From positions 372,001-436,000 of the forward strand of contig OZ237738.1 of NCBI GenBank assembly GCA_965178125.1: a stretch of DNA of 64,000 nt, read 5' to 3'. This document shows, in pieces, positions 26,937 through 39,377 of the stretch (positions within the stretch are counted from its first letter, which is position 1; every line of letters begins with the position of its first letter). The notes under the pieces are model-generated. The model was not told where the DNA came from. It ran no database searches and saw only the letters and a program-made list of their open reading frames with translations. The stretch comes from Bilabrum cf. latius. Lineage: Eukaryota. Made by a program: the position numbers and the translations under genes.

Positions 26937-29900
26937 ATGTCAAACACATCGGCGCTAGACCAGCTGGATGGGGCCTTCGCAGCTCGAAGCTCTGCCATGA
27001 TTGGGTCTGGCGGGAGTTCACCTGGGCGTGCACACATCGCGGCTTTGGGAGGAGATTTCGCCAACAATGCAGCAACTGCGTCTGATCGAAGTCGAATCAT
27101 TAGAACTTCATCTGGGACGAACCTAGGTGGCGTCAACTCATCCACACGACTCTCTCCTATGCTATCGTCGTCTCGAATACCTGGGCACGCCGCTGCAAGG
27201 CCTAGTCCGCTAATTAGGGGCGCATCAGGGCAAAGGCAGGGCGCATCAAGAACATCGCGATCGAGTGATGCAGTTGCATCGAACGGTGGTGCCTTGCCAG
27301 CGCGGGCGCCGCCCTCACTGCCCTCTCGTCTTGGCGGACATCACCGCACTGCCCGCAGCAGTGGTCCGGGAGCCTGGGACACCAGCTCCGGCCCATCCTC
27401 GGACTACAGCGCTCTGGGAAGGGATCGACTCGACTCAGGCCAGGGGTCCACCCGTTGGCAAGGGGTGGGTGACTCGTCCCCCAGGTCGGAGCCCGGAGCA
27501 AGTGCTCGTGCTATTGCTCGCTCTGGGACGGGGTCCACCGGCGCCGCGCTTCGCTCCGCGGCCGACCTGCGGCGGAACATGGGACTCACGGATAGGATGC
27601 TGGCGAGAGCGAGAGCAATCGAGCGAGCAGGGTCGGGCAGGAGCAGTCCCGTGGGGACTGGGACCGGCACAGGCACGGGCACAGGCACGCGGAGGCCAGA
27701 GGACCGACGGGACCGAAGCCAGAGCGGCGTCCTCTCGAGCAGATTTGGGGGAGCAAGCGACGGGCCGGAGAATTCGATTGCAAGTGGAAGGGGGGCACAC
27801 AGGCACGTTCGGAGCATGCAAGCAACTGCGCGCAGGGGCAGGTCGGGCACGGATCCTGGGCTTGGGGCAGTTCTGGGTGTGGGTGCAGGTGTAGGCCGGG
27901 GGATGGATGCCAGCGCCGAGGCGCTCGGCATGTCCCTTCACCCCGATCCCGATTACGGGCGAGAAGGTTACTTGGGCGACCGTGGTCCTAGAGATCACGA
28001 CGATGACCCGTTCGATTAGGCTCACCTGATGCAACCCACAAGCGTGGGACCCACCCGCCCGCGCCGAGACTCTCACCTCGACTAGGGCGGGCACGACGTG
28101 TCGTCCAAGATGAGGCAGCTGCAAGAAGACATGCAGAGCGTCGCGTCGTCACACCAGGCCGCACTGGACAGGCATCGGGATGCGGGGGGAAGGGCGGGTC
28201 CTGGCAGCATCCGCGGGTCGGATGTGCGTGGCAGGGGCAGGGCAGGCACGGAACTGAGCGCCACCAGCGTGGCTCAATCTCCTCTGGTGCGATCCAGCAG
28301 AGAAGAAGAAGAGGAGAAGGTGGAGGAGCAGCGTGACCTCGACCGGGCGAAGAGAGACCCCAGGTACCTGTCAGTAAACGACCCAGCTCTCGTGCTGTAG
28401 GCATCGCAGTCGTCGCAGCGGACATCTGAAGTTCAACAGTCGCACCCTCGGCCAGCCCCCGAAGACGAGGACCTCCGGTCGCATGGCCGGCATGCCGCCA
28501 TGCGGGGTGCGCGCTCAGCAACGACAGGCCCGTCCATCGCTGCGCCGCGCAACTAGCAGCCTCAGCAGAGCGTCGGAGCAGGGGCTGACAGGCAAGGAAG
28601 CGTCCATGAAGAAAAGCACAGCGGCCAAAGCGATAGCCCGGGCACTCCTGTGGCCAAGAGGCGAAAGCGTCGCAACACGAAGGAAGCCATGTGGCAGGGG
28701 GTCGTGAAGCAGTCGCACAAGCACGAGGAGCAGAGGCTGGAGGTCCTCAGGAAGAGAAGGACCAGCGATGCGGCTTAGAAGGAGAGTGTTGATGCGCGTC
28801 AGGCGGCGTTGCGGCGCGTCATGGCGGCCAAGGAAGCCAGAAACCTCGCAGGCGAGGACGACGGCGCCGATGGCGCACCCCCTGCCGCAGTGCGCCGACC
28901 GACAGCGAGCCCAGAGGAGATTGAGATGCTGCAGAAGGCGCAAGTCGTGCGCCGCGCGGTGGACCAGATGGAGCACGACACGCAGCACGGCCATTCCGAC
29001 GCGGCCGCGTCGGCCGCTGCCCATGGTGCCCGGGTGCATAGGCGTTCGTCCCGGTCTCCGACCTCTGCTGAGCGCCAGCGCAGCCACGACGGTGGTGGCC
29101 GGGGCGCACCTGCCGTCCCGCTACCGCCGGGGATGGGCGTTCAGCTGGACGGCGTCGAGGAGGAGGAAGGTTCGGGCGAGCTGAGCCTAAGCCAAGGGAA
29201 GGAGCAAGGCGAGGAGGTGGGGAGAGATGATGGGCGGGAGCACAGAGGCAGTACGGAAGCCGAAGACTTGAGTTAGCTGCTCGAGGCAGCTGCGCATGCG
29301 GAGCGCATGGGCCGCGCCGCTCGAGACGCCGCGCTCCTGGCAGCACACAGGAAGCGGGTGGCAGAGGCTCGTGCCAGGTTCGAGCGAGGGTCCTAGAAGG
29401 AGTGGGCGTCCCCGGGCAAGGACAAGGGGGCGGGTGGCAAGGCCGTGGCTAGGGCGAGGCGCAGGAGCCCCTAGAGTTCCGATGTGTCCGCACTGGGGGA
29501 GGCTCGCGCTGAAGCGGAAGAGCGGAGTGCTCAGCCAGAGGCAATTGGTAGTAGCGGGAGGGATGGTGCGGCGCAGCAGGCATCGAGCTCAGCGGCGGAG
29601 GCTTCAAGTGGTAGTGAGGTAGTGGCAGATCCTTCCAGCGGACTAGGTGTGAGCGAGTCTGCTCTCCAGCAGTCCAGCCCTCCTGAAGATGCGGACAGCG
29701 AGAAGACTGGTTTCTTGACTGACAGCAGCGACAATGGCGACGACGATGACTTGGATGATGGTGACGAGGACGAGGACGATGACGATGCAGTGAACGACAT
29801 GGACTCGAGTCGCCTGACCCCGCAGCAGCTGCAGCTGCTCATCAAGACCATGTCACCGAGCGCGGGATCAGTGGGCAGCGAAGAGGGCACCCTGCAGAGG

Positions 29901-32573
29901 TCCTCCCCGCTGGCAGCCCTGCCTCACTCGCGCAGGTCGCTGTTGGGCAGCAGTAGCGCAATGATGATCCCAGGCAGCCCGCTCCGAAACGTGGTGTCTG
30001 GCGACCATGCGGTTCTTGCTGGCGGCAGCGACCATGCGGTTCTTGCTGGCGGCAGCGACGCCGGGCTTGTCGTTGGTGGCAGCTTGCGGGGCGAGGATGC
30101 ACCTCATGAACAAAGTGGTAGCGGTGGTTCGTCGCCGGCAAACACGTGGGGTGGCGGCTTCGAGGCTCCGAACGGCGGCGGGCGAGAGCGAGAGCAAGTG
30201 CAGGCTTTCGGCAGCGAGGTGGGTGGCGGCAGCACCAGGTAGCATGGCGCTGCCAGCGGGACAATCGCCCCTCCGCAGGCACTTGGCAGCCAAGTCGAAC
30301 CCTTCCGAAGCGTTGCCGATCGAGATGCGGCCACTAGCAGCAGCGAGGGCAATGACATGCCACACAGCGCCAGGTCGGCGGCTTCGGTTCGGAGCGGGAG
30401 CGTGGTGGAGGCGGGACCCCCTCCACCCAGGCGAGGCGAAGGGCCGGCCATCCGTCGGTCTCGCCGCCCCCTGGGCATCGAAAGGAAGGTAGAGGGCCAC
30501 GGACCGCACACGGTCGGGTCCGTAGTCACCGCCCCCTCACTCTCCGGCTCCGGTGCCGCGCGGTCCGTCGCCACAGCACCCGTGAGCACGGGCCCGAGGG
30601 CCCCTGGCCCGCCAAGCAGCCCGGCCTGGTCGTACGGCGGCGGAACATAGGGAACTTAGCCTGCCCCGGAGGAGCATGATGCGCTCAGAGATGACTTGGA
30701 GCTCGTACGGCAAGCCAAGCGCTCCCAGCGGGCCAGGCTGCGGTCGGGAGGCCGGGACAAGGAGCTTCTGTAGGAGCCCCACGGGGCGAGCAACGGCCAG
30801 GGGGGTTCACCTCCTAGAGAACAATCGGGCGCCGGAAGTGCTGGATTCACCCCGGGTATGCCTCTGCTGCACCCCTCTGCCATGCAGTCGGCCAGGCCCG
30901 CGCCCTCATTACCCACACCCGGCATGTCTGGCCGCGGTGGGGTTGCCGAGCACGCCTCGCCGAGGCGCGAGCGACGGGGCGGGTCCAGCGCCCCTAGGTC
31001 CTCTGTACCCAGCGACAGCCCAGGAACGGGCCGGAGAAGCACCGTACCCGCATCATTTGACGAACAGGCCCCGACAACTGGCCCCAGCATGCCCCTGCTC
31101 TCCGAGGCAGAGATGTCCTTGTACAAGCGCACGCTGCAGCCCAAGCGCTCGGTGGGCGCCATGATCCACGCCCAGAAGATGACGCGAGAGCTGGACGAGC
31201 AGCAGGCTGCCCTGAGACACGCGGGGGAACACGCGAAGAACGGGGCCTCTTTTGCCGAACGAGATCGAGTGTCCGCCCGAGGAAGAGGAGATCTGTCTTC
31301 GCCGGGCAAGTAGGGCGGCCGCAGGGCCCGCAAAAAGGCGGTCAAGCAGTCCAAGGCGTCACGGGCCCAAGTCACCTCGCTGGTGTACGGGGTGAAACCA
31401 TCTCCCAGCCGATTGGGACGATTCCGAAGCAGCGACGGGGAGTCTGCGCCTGAGGAGGAGGACGAGGACGGCAGCATTGACGGCGACTCTGTGTCCGGCT
31501 CGGGCCGCGGAACGGCGCGGGGCTAGGAGGACCTGTCCGAGGCCGAGCTGGAGCGGCTGACTCCCCGCGAGAGGGAGGCTGCGGAGCAGGCCCTGGCCCT
31601 GCGCAGGAGGTACCGCCCTGAGTACGGGGATGTGGGGGGCCGTGGGAGGGTGGGCTACGAGGAGGAGGAGGAGGAGAAGGAGGAGGAGAGACCATCGCGG
31701 TACTCCCACTCAGATGGCACGTCGGTGCCAGCTCGCCGTGGCGCGAGGCCGCACGCTAGGCCTGACGACGAGGTCAGGAACAGGGGCAGCGGCGTACCGA
31801 GCGACGCGATCCGGGGAGGTGGGGTACCTGGGCACGAGCAAGGGCAGAGGGACGGCAGCGATAGCTCCGCCACGTCGAGACGCGCGGCGCCGCGCAAGAG
31901 CGCGATGGCTCCGTCGCCGTCAAGACGCTCAGCTGCCAGCGCCGTATCATCGCCGGCCTCCAGGCCCAGCCCCAGCCCTAGGGTCAGGAGCAGGACCAGC
32001 GATGTGAGGGAGCCTGCTGCTGCCGGTCGCGGCAGGGTGGTGTCATTCGCGGAATCTCCAGAGGTCCGCCGCATGGTCGCGCGGGATGGGCGGGCGGAGC
32101 CAGGGCCTCGTGTAAATAGTGGGGTCAGTGTGACGAGTACAGGCCCACCGGGCATGGGGGCTTCCTCATCGTCGTCGAGGCCTTCGCCGTAGCCCCTGAA
32201 GCCGTCCCCTGCACCTGCCCCTGCACCTGGCCATCGGGCGGGGTCTGTGGGTGGCGCAGGGATGCGCGACTCTGGCACTTCTGGTAGGATCGGCGGAGCT
32301 GTCGCAAACGGCGTCTCTGTTGCAAACGGCGGGGGGACTCCAGGTCGCCGAAGTGGTGGGGCTGGGGCTGTGCCCAGGCCCTCGAGGCGGAGGGGCGCCG
32401 CCCCCACCTCCACCCCATCCCCCCGCAGCACCGCTTCAGGGGAGAGCGCGTCTCCCAAGGAGGGCCTCGGCCTCACGATGCAGACGCACCAGGCCTCCGC
32501 GAACGAGGGCCTGGCTGCCCTGCTGGGTGGATCGTTCGGGGAGGGAGGCGACGAGCTCTTGCTCGAGGATTGA
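26937..32573 (+). CDS. Large (~1,878 aa) low-complexity, probably disordered protein of unknown function
   Basis: Eight plus-strand ORFs (26937, 28098, 28809, 29484, 30357, 30858, 31632, 32247) share one frame and are separated by TAG codons (more than a dozen). An in-frame TGA lies just upstream of the ATG and a TGA ends the frame. S/G/A/R/E-rich with short coiled-coil-like segments. Confidence 0.75.
30001..30054 (+). repeat. Exact 27-bp tandem duplication within the CDS (DHAVLAGGS x2)
   Basis: gcgaccatgcggttcttgctggcggca occurs twice in tandem. Confidence 0.9.
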
Positions 32574-32782
32574 GATCATGAAATAGTGCAGGCGCTTGTC
32601 GCGTCCAATAGCTTCCAGTCTATTATTTTGTTGAAACGAATGTCGCAAGCATTGACTATGCCTGGCACCAGTTCCACCACCATGACCACCACCACCCAAC
32701 ACAGCTGTCAGTACTCGTCACACTATTCCACCAGGCTTTCGCGGTTGCGACGTGGCCGCCATAAAGCCTGTCAAAGGCTGCG

Positions 32783-35700
32783 ATGTTCAATGGCGAAGCA
32801 ACAGCAAGGAAGGTTTCCAAGGGTGGGAAATCTTAGTCCCGAGGCGAGAAGGCAGATCTTTTGAGAAAAGCAAGGGAAGCCAGGCAAAACAGGGAGCGAG
32901 AACGACGGCAAGCAGCTGCTGCCACTCAAATACAGGCCAGTGTAAGGGGAAGCCTTGCGAGGCTTCATCGCGCATTGTTGCTGGTAAGCATCACTCAGAA
33001 GCGTATGGACGACATCTAGAAGGTCAAGTCTGCGATGCTGGCAGCGAAGCGGTCGTTTTCAGTGCCGTTGTCGGCGGCAGTCTCGCTGCTGCGCGGAGGC
33101 ATGCAGCTGGCCGCAGTCCTGCATCGATCGCCTGCTCGTGTACATTCAGTAGCATGCAAATCACTGGCTGGGCTGCTTGTTACCATAGCGGAGAATGCTT
33201 TGAATCCGGGGGCAGGTGCATCGTTCGTCGGTGCTGCTGGCACCAAGTCGGATGTACTCGATCGTTTCTCCATTTGTTTGCCTCCCCTGGTTGCGACTTG
33301 CATGTTTGTGCACCAATCGTTGACTCGTGTGCGCGGTGCTGCCCTGGCTCCCTTAGAGTTGGCGGTCCACGCTGTGTCGCGAGGTCTAGCCGGCCTGGCG
33401 ACGAGCAAGGCTGCTAGTCCCGAAGCAGCGTTGGTCGGCCAGAGCACTTGCGCCAGACTGGTTCAAAGTGAAAGCATCTAGAAATACGCGGCGCTGTCCG
33501 AATCGGCATTGCTCGAAACCGTTTCGATGGCCGACGGCATGGCATCGTTGAGGCGCGCCCCATGGCTGGCAGCGGTGCTCGCACTGAGCCGGGGCGCGCT
33601 CGCAGGCCCCCGCAGAGATGCTGCAGAATCACACCCCGTCGATCGAGCGGTTGCAGCTCTACTGCTCCGCATACCAGCGCTTGAGCAGCTCCTTCATGAC
33701 CCGGAGGATACCAGCGCGAGCGGGAGCAGAGCCACCTCGGCGGGGGCAGGGGCAGGGGCTGTGGCAGGGGCTGTGGCACCATCGAGCCAATCAGGCGGAG
33801 GCTGCGGGCCAGGTGAGATCGATAACGGGAAATATCTGGTAGATTTGCTATCTATAGCTACATTAGAGGGCAAGATACCGTCTGGGGTCATTGCTGCAAG
33901 CGGAAGCGGCGCGACGGGCTTGGACGGCGCTGGGGAAGAGATCGGAACTCGCCTTTTGCTTGGACTGAAGGCCGCACTTCAGGATGATAGTGGGTCCTCA
34001 GACCAGCGGGCAGGCACCTTACTGCTGCCCTAGAGCACCGATGCGGCCAGGCTTGCAGGCATAGTGCCCGGATGCTCTCCCGCAGCCGGGGGCACCACTC
34101 CTCCCAGTGGCAGCGGCAGGTCGTCCTCCGCGGCATGGATGCTCGTGAACTTCGTCGGGGTGGCGAGGCACATGGCGGACCAGAAACAGGCAAGCATCAC
34201 TGCAGAGGAGAGAGTGCCGGGGGTATCATCCGATCGGTCGCCTGTGTCTCCCATCCCGCGGTCTGCCGTCGCGGTGCTGGCCAAGCTGGCTCGCAGGGTT
34301 CCTCTGTCTCTGTGGCTGCGGCCCCGACACAGTGACCTGTTGCACCGCTGTGGGGCTCTCCCCACCGCGTTGCTGGGTGCTGATGCCGAGCAGGAGGGCA
34401 CGGGTGAGCGAGGCGGGCTTCTCGCGCGCACGATGGAAGCAGGCAGCGGGACTGCGAGCGGGGCGGGGCGCGGCAGCTCGCTGATCGACATGGTGCTGTC
34501 TGCTGGAGGCGACAGCGCTGGCCAAGGGGACGTGGATGAGGATGATTTGGAGGACTTGGACGAGGACGTGGTGGCGTTCGAGGCCGGGGATCCGGCCAAC
34601 GCGACGCGGCTGGCGAAGCGTGGTGAGCAGTCGGGCGGCGCGGGCAGCAACGTGAAGAAGGCGCTCAGGCTGGTGCAGGCCCAGCAGGCGAGAGACGCGG
34701 CTTCCTCGTCCGGGGGAGCCGACGAAGGCCTGTGCCTGCCGCTGTGGCTGCGAGGCATGGCCAGAGAGGGGATCCGCGGCAGGCTGCTGTCGAAGGAGTT
34801 TCTCCGCATCCTCGCCGATGCCTCCCTGCCGAGGCTCACGGACGCCGACCGTTTCACTGAGATTGACTTGATCGAGCTGCGGGGCGATCCGAAACGGGAT
34901 GTTTCGCTTGTGCAGATAAAGATGGGCGGAGGTGATGCGTCAGGCAAGGCTACCGAGTCTTCGTCGTCGTCCTCATCGTCGTCGGCTGCTGCAGCAGGCG
35001 AGGTGCAGGACTCCTCATCCGCCTCAGGCTCCTCGGATACCCCCGGCCATTCGCCTGGAGTGCTGCTTCTCTCTTTCATTCACAGCTGCGTGCAGGAAGC
35101 CGCGGTGGCAGACGTGGCAGCCGAGTCGATCCACGAGATGGAAGACGCGCATGCCGCCATGGTAGCGGAGGAAGGCAAGCACGCAGCTGCGAGCGAGGCT
35201 CCAGCCGCCAAGAAAGCGCGCGTGTCCGACGGTCCCGGTGGGGTCCCCAAGGGTGGGATTGGCGCTGCTTCAGGTGCAGGTGCAGGCGCGGGGGGCTCGT
35301 CATCTCCGAGGAAGGGCCGAGTGGACGGCATGTCGCTCGCTGCCAGGCTGCAGGGAGGCGGGGGTGCCGACGACGTGCTGTCGTTCCTGACGGAAGACAC
35401 ATCAGTCGCCGAGGTCGGTGCAGGGAGCCAGACGGCGACCGCCATTCGCGCTCAGGCATAGCTCGGGCCGGGCGGCACGCAGGACCTGCTGAAGCGAGCC
35501 TGGTCGGCCGTGTGGTCCTCCAGTGCGCTCCGAGCTGTGCAGCGAAATGCTCATGCCGCCGCGCGCACAGACCCGGACGCCGTTGCTGCTGTGAGCGTGG
35601 TCGTGCAGGCGCTGCGAGCGCGACTGCTGCTGCTCGACGACGACGAATTTTTCCACGAGCAGCGCGCCCTGTCCTTGGCTGCAGCACGAGACTTGATTCT

Positions 35701-37642
35701 CGCTCTCAAGCAGGTGCTGTACAGGCTCGTGTGGCAGGACTTTGAATGCATTCGGCTCCCGCTGCGACACCGCCCCGCGCTGGTACTGCAGCTGATGTAC
35801 GAGTCGCTGCACTGCTGGATGGACCTGCACGACAGGCATGGTCGGAGGCCTGGGATCGTTGCCACGTCCAGCGTCTGGCTGTGGCCGGCGGTGCCGTCCT
35901 CCTAGATATCCCCGGACGAGGAGGACGAGGACGGGGACGAGGAGGTGGGTGTGGCGGGGCCTGACCGGGGGTTTGGTGGTGTGGCGTCCGGTGCGCAGGC
36001 TGGCCCTCGCGGTGGGCCGTTTGGAGGCGGCCGTGGGGGTCCGCGGATGGGTGCTGGCGAAGCCGAGTGGGGAGGGATGATGGATCGATTTGGGCTGCGT
36101 GGATCCGGGCTCATGGAGGAGATGTCAAGGATAGGCGGGGTCGGGGGAGCGTTGGGAGGGATGCGGCGTGGGGGCGGCGGTGTGCCCCTGGGCCGTGCTG
36201 GTGCTGGTGGTGGGGTGGGAGGGGCCTCTCGTGGAACGGGACCGGCCGCCTTCCAGTCTGCGGCGGGCGCAGAAGCAGCAGCACCGACTGCCGTGTTGCG
36301 GGCCGCCCGCTCCCGCATGGTGCTGCACCACATCCCGTACGTGCTTCCATTCGAGCAGCGCGCGGCTCTGTTCAACGGTCTGCTTGACAACCTGCGGCGC
36401 AGGCCCGATGTGGCCCACTCCCAGCGGCCGGAGCTGAAGGTGTCTCGGGGCCGGCTGCTGCAGGACTCCATCGAGCAGATCCACGCGCTGGTGCGCACGC
36501 ACGGACCGTCCGTTTTGCGCGGGAGGTTTTACGTCAAGTTCGTGGACCAGCATGGCGATGCGGAGCTGGGGATCGACGCGGGCGGGCTCTCGAAGGAGTT
36601 CATCGTCGAGACCAACAAGGAGGCCGTGGATCCATCCTACGGCCTGTTCAAGCAGACGGAGGGCGGTCAGAGCATCTACCCCAACCCAGCGAGCGGCGAT
36701 CTGGTGGACCACGACGAGAACTGCTTCTACGTGATCGGTCTTCTGCTGGGCAAAGCCGTCTTTGAGGGCATCCTGGTCGAGTCGAGGTTTGCGCAGTTCT
36801 TCCTGAGGAAGCTGCTGGGTCACGCCAACCTCGTGGACGATCTGCACTCTCTTGACCAGCGTGCAGCCAGCTCGCTCGCTTCGATCAAGCGAGCCGCGAG
36901 GGGGTACCAGCAGGAGGTGGCCAGGCGAAGGGCAGCGGCATTGGCGGCGGCAGGCGGGTCCGCGGCGATGCAAGGCACTAAAGTCTCTGGAAAGGAGCAG
37001 GAGGATGGCGATGATGATGATCCGGTGGAGGCGATGTGCCTTACCTTCACGGCACCGGTGGAGGCGATGGGATCCGTTTTGAGGCAGGAACCCCTCATCC
37101 CAGGGGGAGAGGCCGTGGATGTATCTTCCCAGAACGCGGCCCGCTTCGTAGCGCTTCGGGCGCACCACATGCTGAACAAGCAGATCGCCAGGCAGACCAA
37201 GGCCTTCCTCCTCGGGTTCCGTCAGGTCGTGCCGCTGAGGTACCTGCGGATGTTCACGCCCACTGAGCTGCAGAGGGTGCTGGGAGGGGCAGAGGAGGGG
37301 GTGAGCGTGGAGGACCTGCGGGCGCATGTGAAGTACGAGGGGTACGGTCCGGAGAGCGAGACGGTGCGATCGTTCTGGTCGGTGGTGGGGGACATGTCCC
37401 CCGAGGACAGGTCGCTGCTGCTGCGGTACGTGACGAGCTGCTCGAGGCCGCCCCTGCTGGGCTTCCGGGACCTGAGCCCGCCCTTCACCGTGGCCAAGAG
37501 TCACCGACCGACCACCGACCTGCCGCCTGCCCACTCGTGCTTCAACAAGCTGGACCTGCCAGAGTACGGGAAGGACGTGGAAACGCTGCGGGCGAAGCTG
37601 CTGCTGGCCATCCGGTCTGGGGCTGGATTTGACTTGTCGTGA
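32783..37642 (+). CDS. HECT E3 ubiquitin ligase with N-terminal IQ motif (UBE3B/UBE3C/UPL6-7-like), ~1,619 aa
   Basis: N-terminus MFNGE...LLRKAREARQNRERERRQAAAATQIQASVRG; HECT domain with GIDAGGLSKEF, YVTSCSRPPLLGF and catalytic LPPAHSCFNKLDLP, ending GFDLS-TGA. Single frame through TAGs at 32834, 33017, 33479, 34031, 35459 and 35903. Confidence 0.92.
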
Positions 37643-37806
37643 TGGTCTATTTGCAGACAATGTTTCTGGTTTAGGTATTAGGTAGCTTCCACGGAGAATC
37701 AGATGTACGTAGCTTGTCGCAACAACTTGTTGAACGCTGCCAACGAGAAGCACTGTTGGTTCCGCCGGGCCTTTGCACGCGGCCCGATATACTCCCCATA
37801 AGCAAT

Positions 37807-39224
37807 ATGGCGGGGTAGGCAGCCTGGCGTCGAGCTGTCCAGTGCATCACAAAATAGTTGCGCCCGTATGGCCTTGACATTGTGCAGCCCATGGCTGGTA
37901 AGCTTGCTGCTAGCGATTCGGCGTTCAGTTGCACCTTGGCGCATCTTGCATACTCTTGGTCGCGAATTCCATCCGCCCCGCAGTCCCTTGGTACAATAAT
38001 GTTGCTAGACCTGATACAAGGTTGCCGTGTGCTGAACCAGATGCTAATACACTCTGTATAGTGGTAGGAAACACGCGGGCGCTGTGGAGACCATTCATCG
38101 AGCAAGTGGCTGTCTCTTCGCTGCCAACCGGGAGAATTAAGCCAGCATCACCAGCACCCAATCAAATAGTTCGTGCTAATTTGCTGTAGTCTGCAAACCC
38201 CCTGAATACCTTCGTGGAAGCTGTCATCCGCAACGCGGAAGATTGCATGCAGGATTTCGCCATGTCGAGTGAATGCAGCAAAGTGGCGACGCAGGTTCGG
38301 TACAGCCATAGGACTAGTCCAGGTGAGCTGATTGGTATGTAGACACTAGCATAGTAGGCGGGGCTCGCCTTTAAATCCCGGCAGTACCTGTCGATCCACC
38401 CACGGTTTGGGCCTTGGCTAGCACTGCGAGCCTGCATCATTGTGGAGGGAATCACGTACGATGAGCCGCAGCCGTCAGCACCTAGAATGCCATATAGTAC
38501 TGCCGTGGACGAAATGATGCAAGCCGCGCTAGAAAGGGCGCTTGAGCCGCCGCCAGCGCCCGAGGGTGATGGGGCATTGAGCGGTGCTGACGACGAGCTC
38601 GAGTCCGAGCATCTGCCCGCGTGGAGGCTGTGGCTTGCGCTTAGAGACGCCTGTCCATTGGGACGAGGCACAATTTCACCCCCTCCGACAGCGAGGGGAG
38701 ACCCAGGTGCGGCTACGGGGGGTGCCGCTGGTGCTGCTGCCCATCCCGGGTCTGAGCCCCAGTTGCCTGCCAGTGGCACCGGCCAGGGTGCTGTCGAAGC
38801 CGGGATAGCCGCGGGGGCAGGTCCAATTGCAGCAGCCTCATCGCGCGAGGGTGCACCTGTCGCGCCTGAACCGCTGAAGTAGGGTTCTATTCAGCCCAGC
38901 TCTGCCTCGATAGAGAGAGCAAAGGCTGGGAAGCTTCTCGCAGGATCAGATCGTGTGGAAGGTGCGGCGGGAGAAGAGCCGGCGGAAGACTGGAGGTACA
39001 GCCAGGACCAGATCGAATACCATTACACGCACAGCAAGGAGGTCCTGTCCAGGGCTGTCGGCAAGGTGATCGAGGAGTGGAGGGCGGCTGGGTTCCTCGA
39101 AGAAGGCAGCGGGGCAGCTGCGGAGGGCATGGCAGCTGCCGCTGCCACCACACATGCAAGCAGCAGCAAGGTGGGCGCCATGTCTGCAGCAGGCGCCGGC
39201 CTCGCAGCACCGGCGCCTGGTTAA
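37807..39224 (+). CDS. MMACHC: Cobalamin-processing protein CblC (MMACHC-like)
   Basis: LRPYGLDIVQPM|VPWYN (intron 37898-37983), VVGNTRALW, LIGM*TLA**AGLA, SIHPRFGPWLALRA, WLALRDACP, RYSQDQIEYHY. In-frame TAGs at 37816, 37855, 38187, 38340, 38352, 38355 and 38880; ends TAA. Confidence 0.85.
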
Positions 39225-39377
39225 AACAACGAGAGGCTGCCGCGAGTGGAATGGCATTGCAATGCGTGCGCAGGGTTCCAGACACTGTACAGACATCCAA
39301 ACAACTCAATACGGACCCCAAGTCTAGTCGACGGAGTCCGTCCGCATCACACAGCCCTCACGGCCCCCTTTTGTGCC

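Noticed and set aside
36125-37753. Long antisense ORFs (e.g. 36125-37753, 39373-40521, 19815-20909, 53751-54719)
   Set aside because: These are shadows of real genes caused by high GC and codon bias, with no recognisable motifs.
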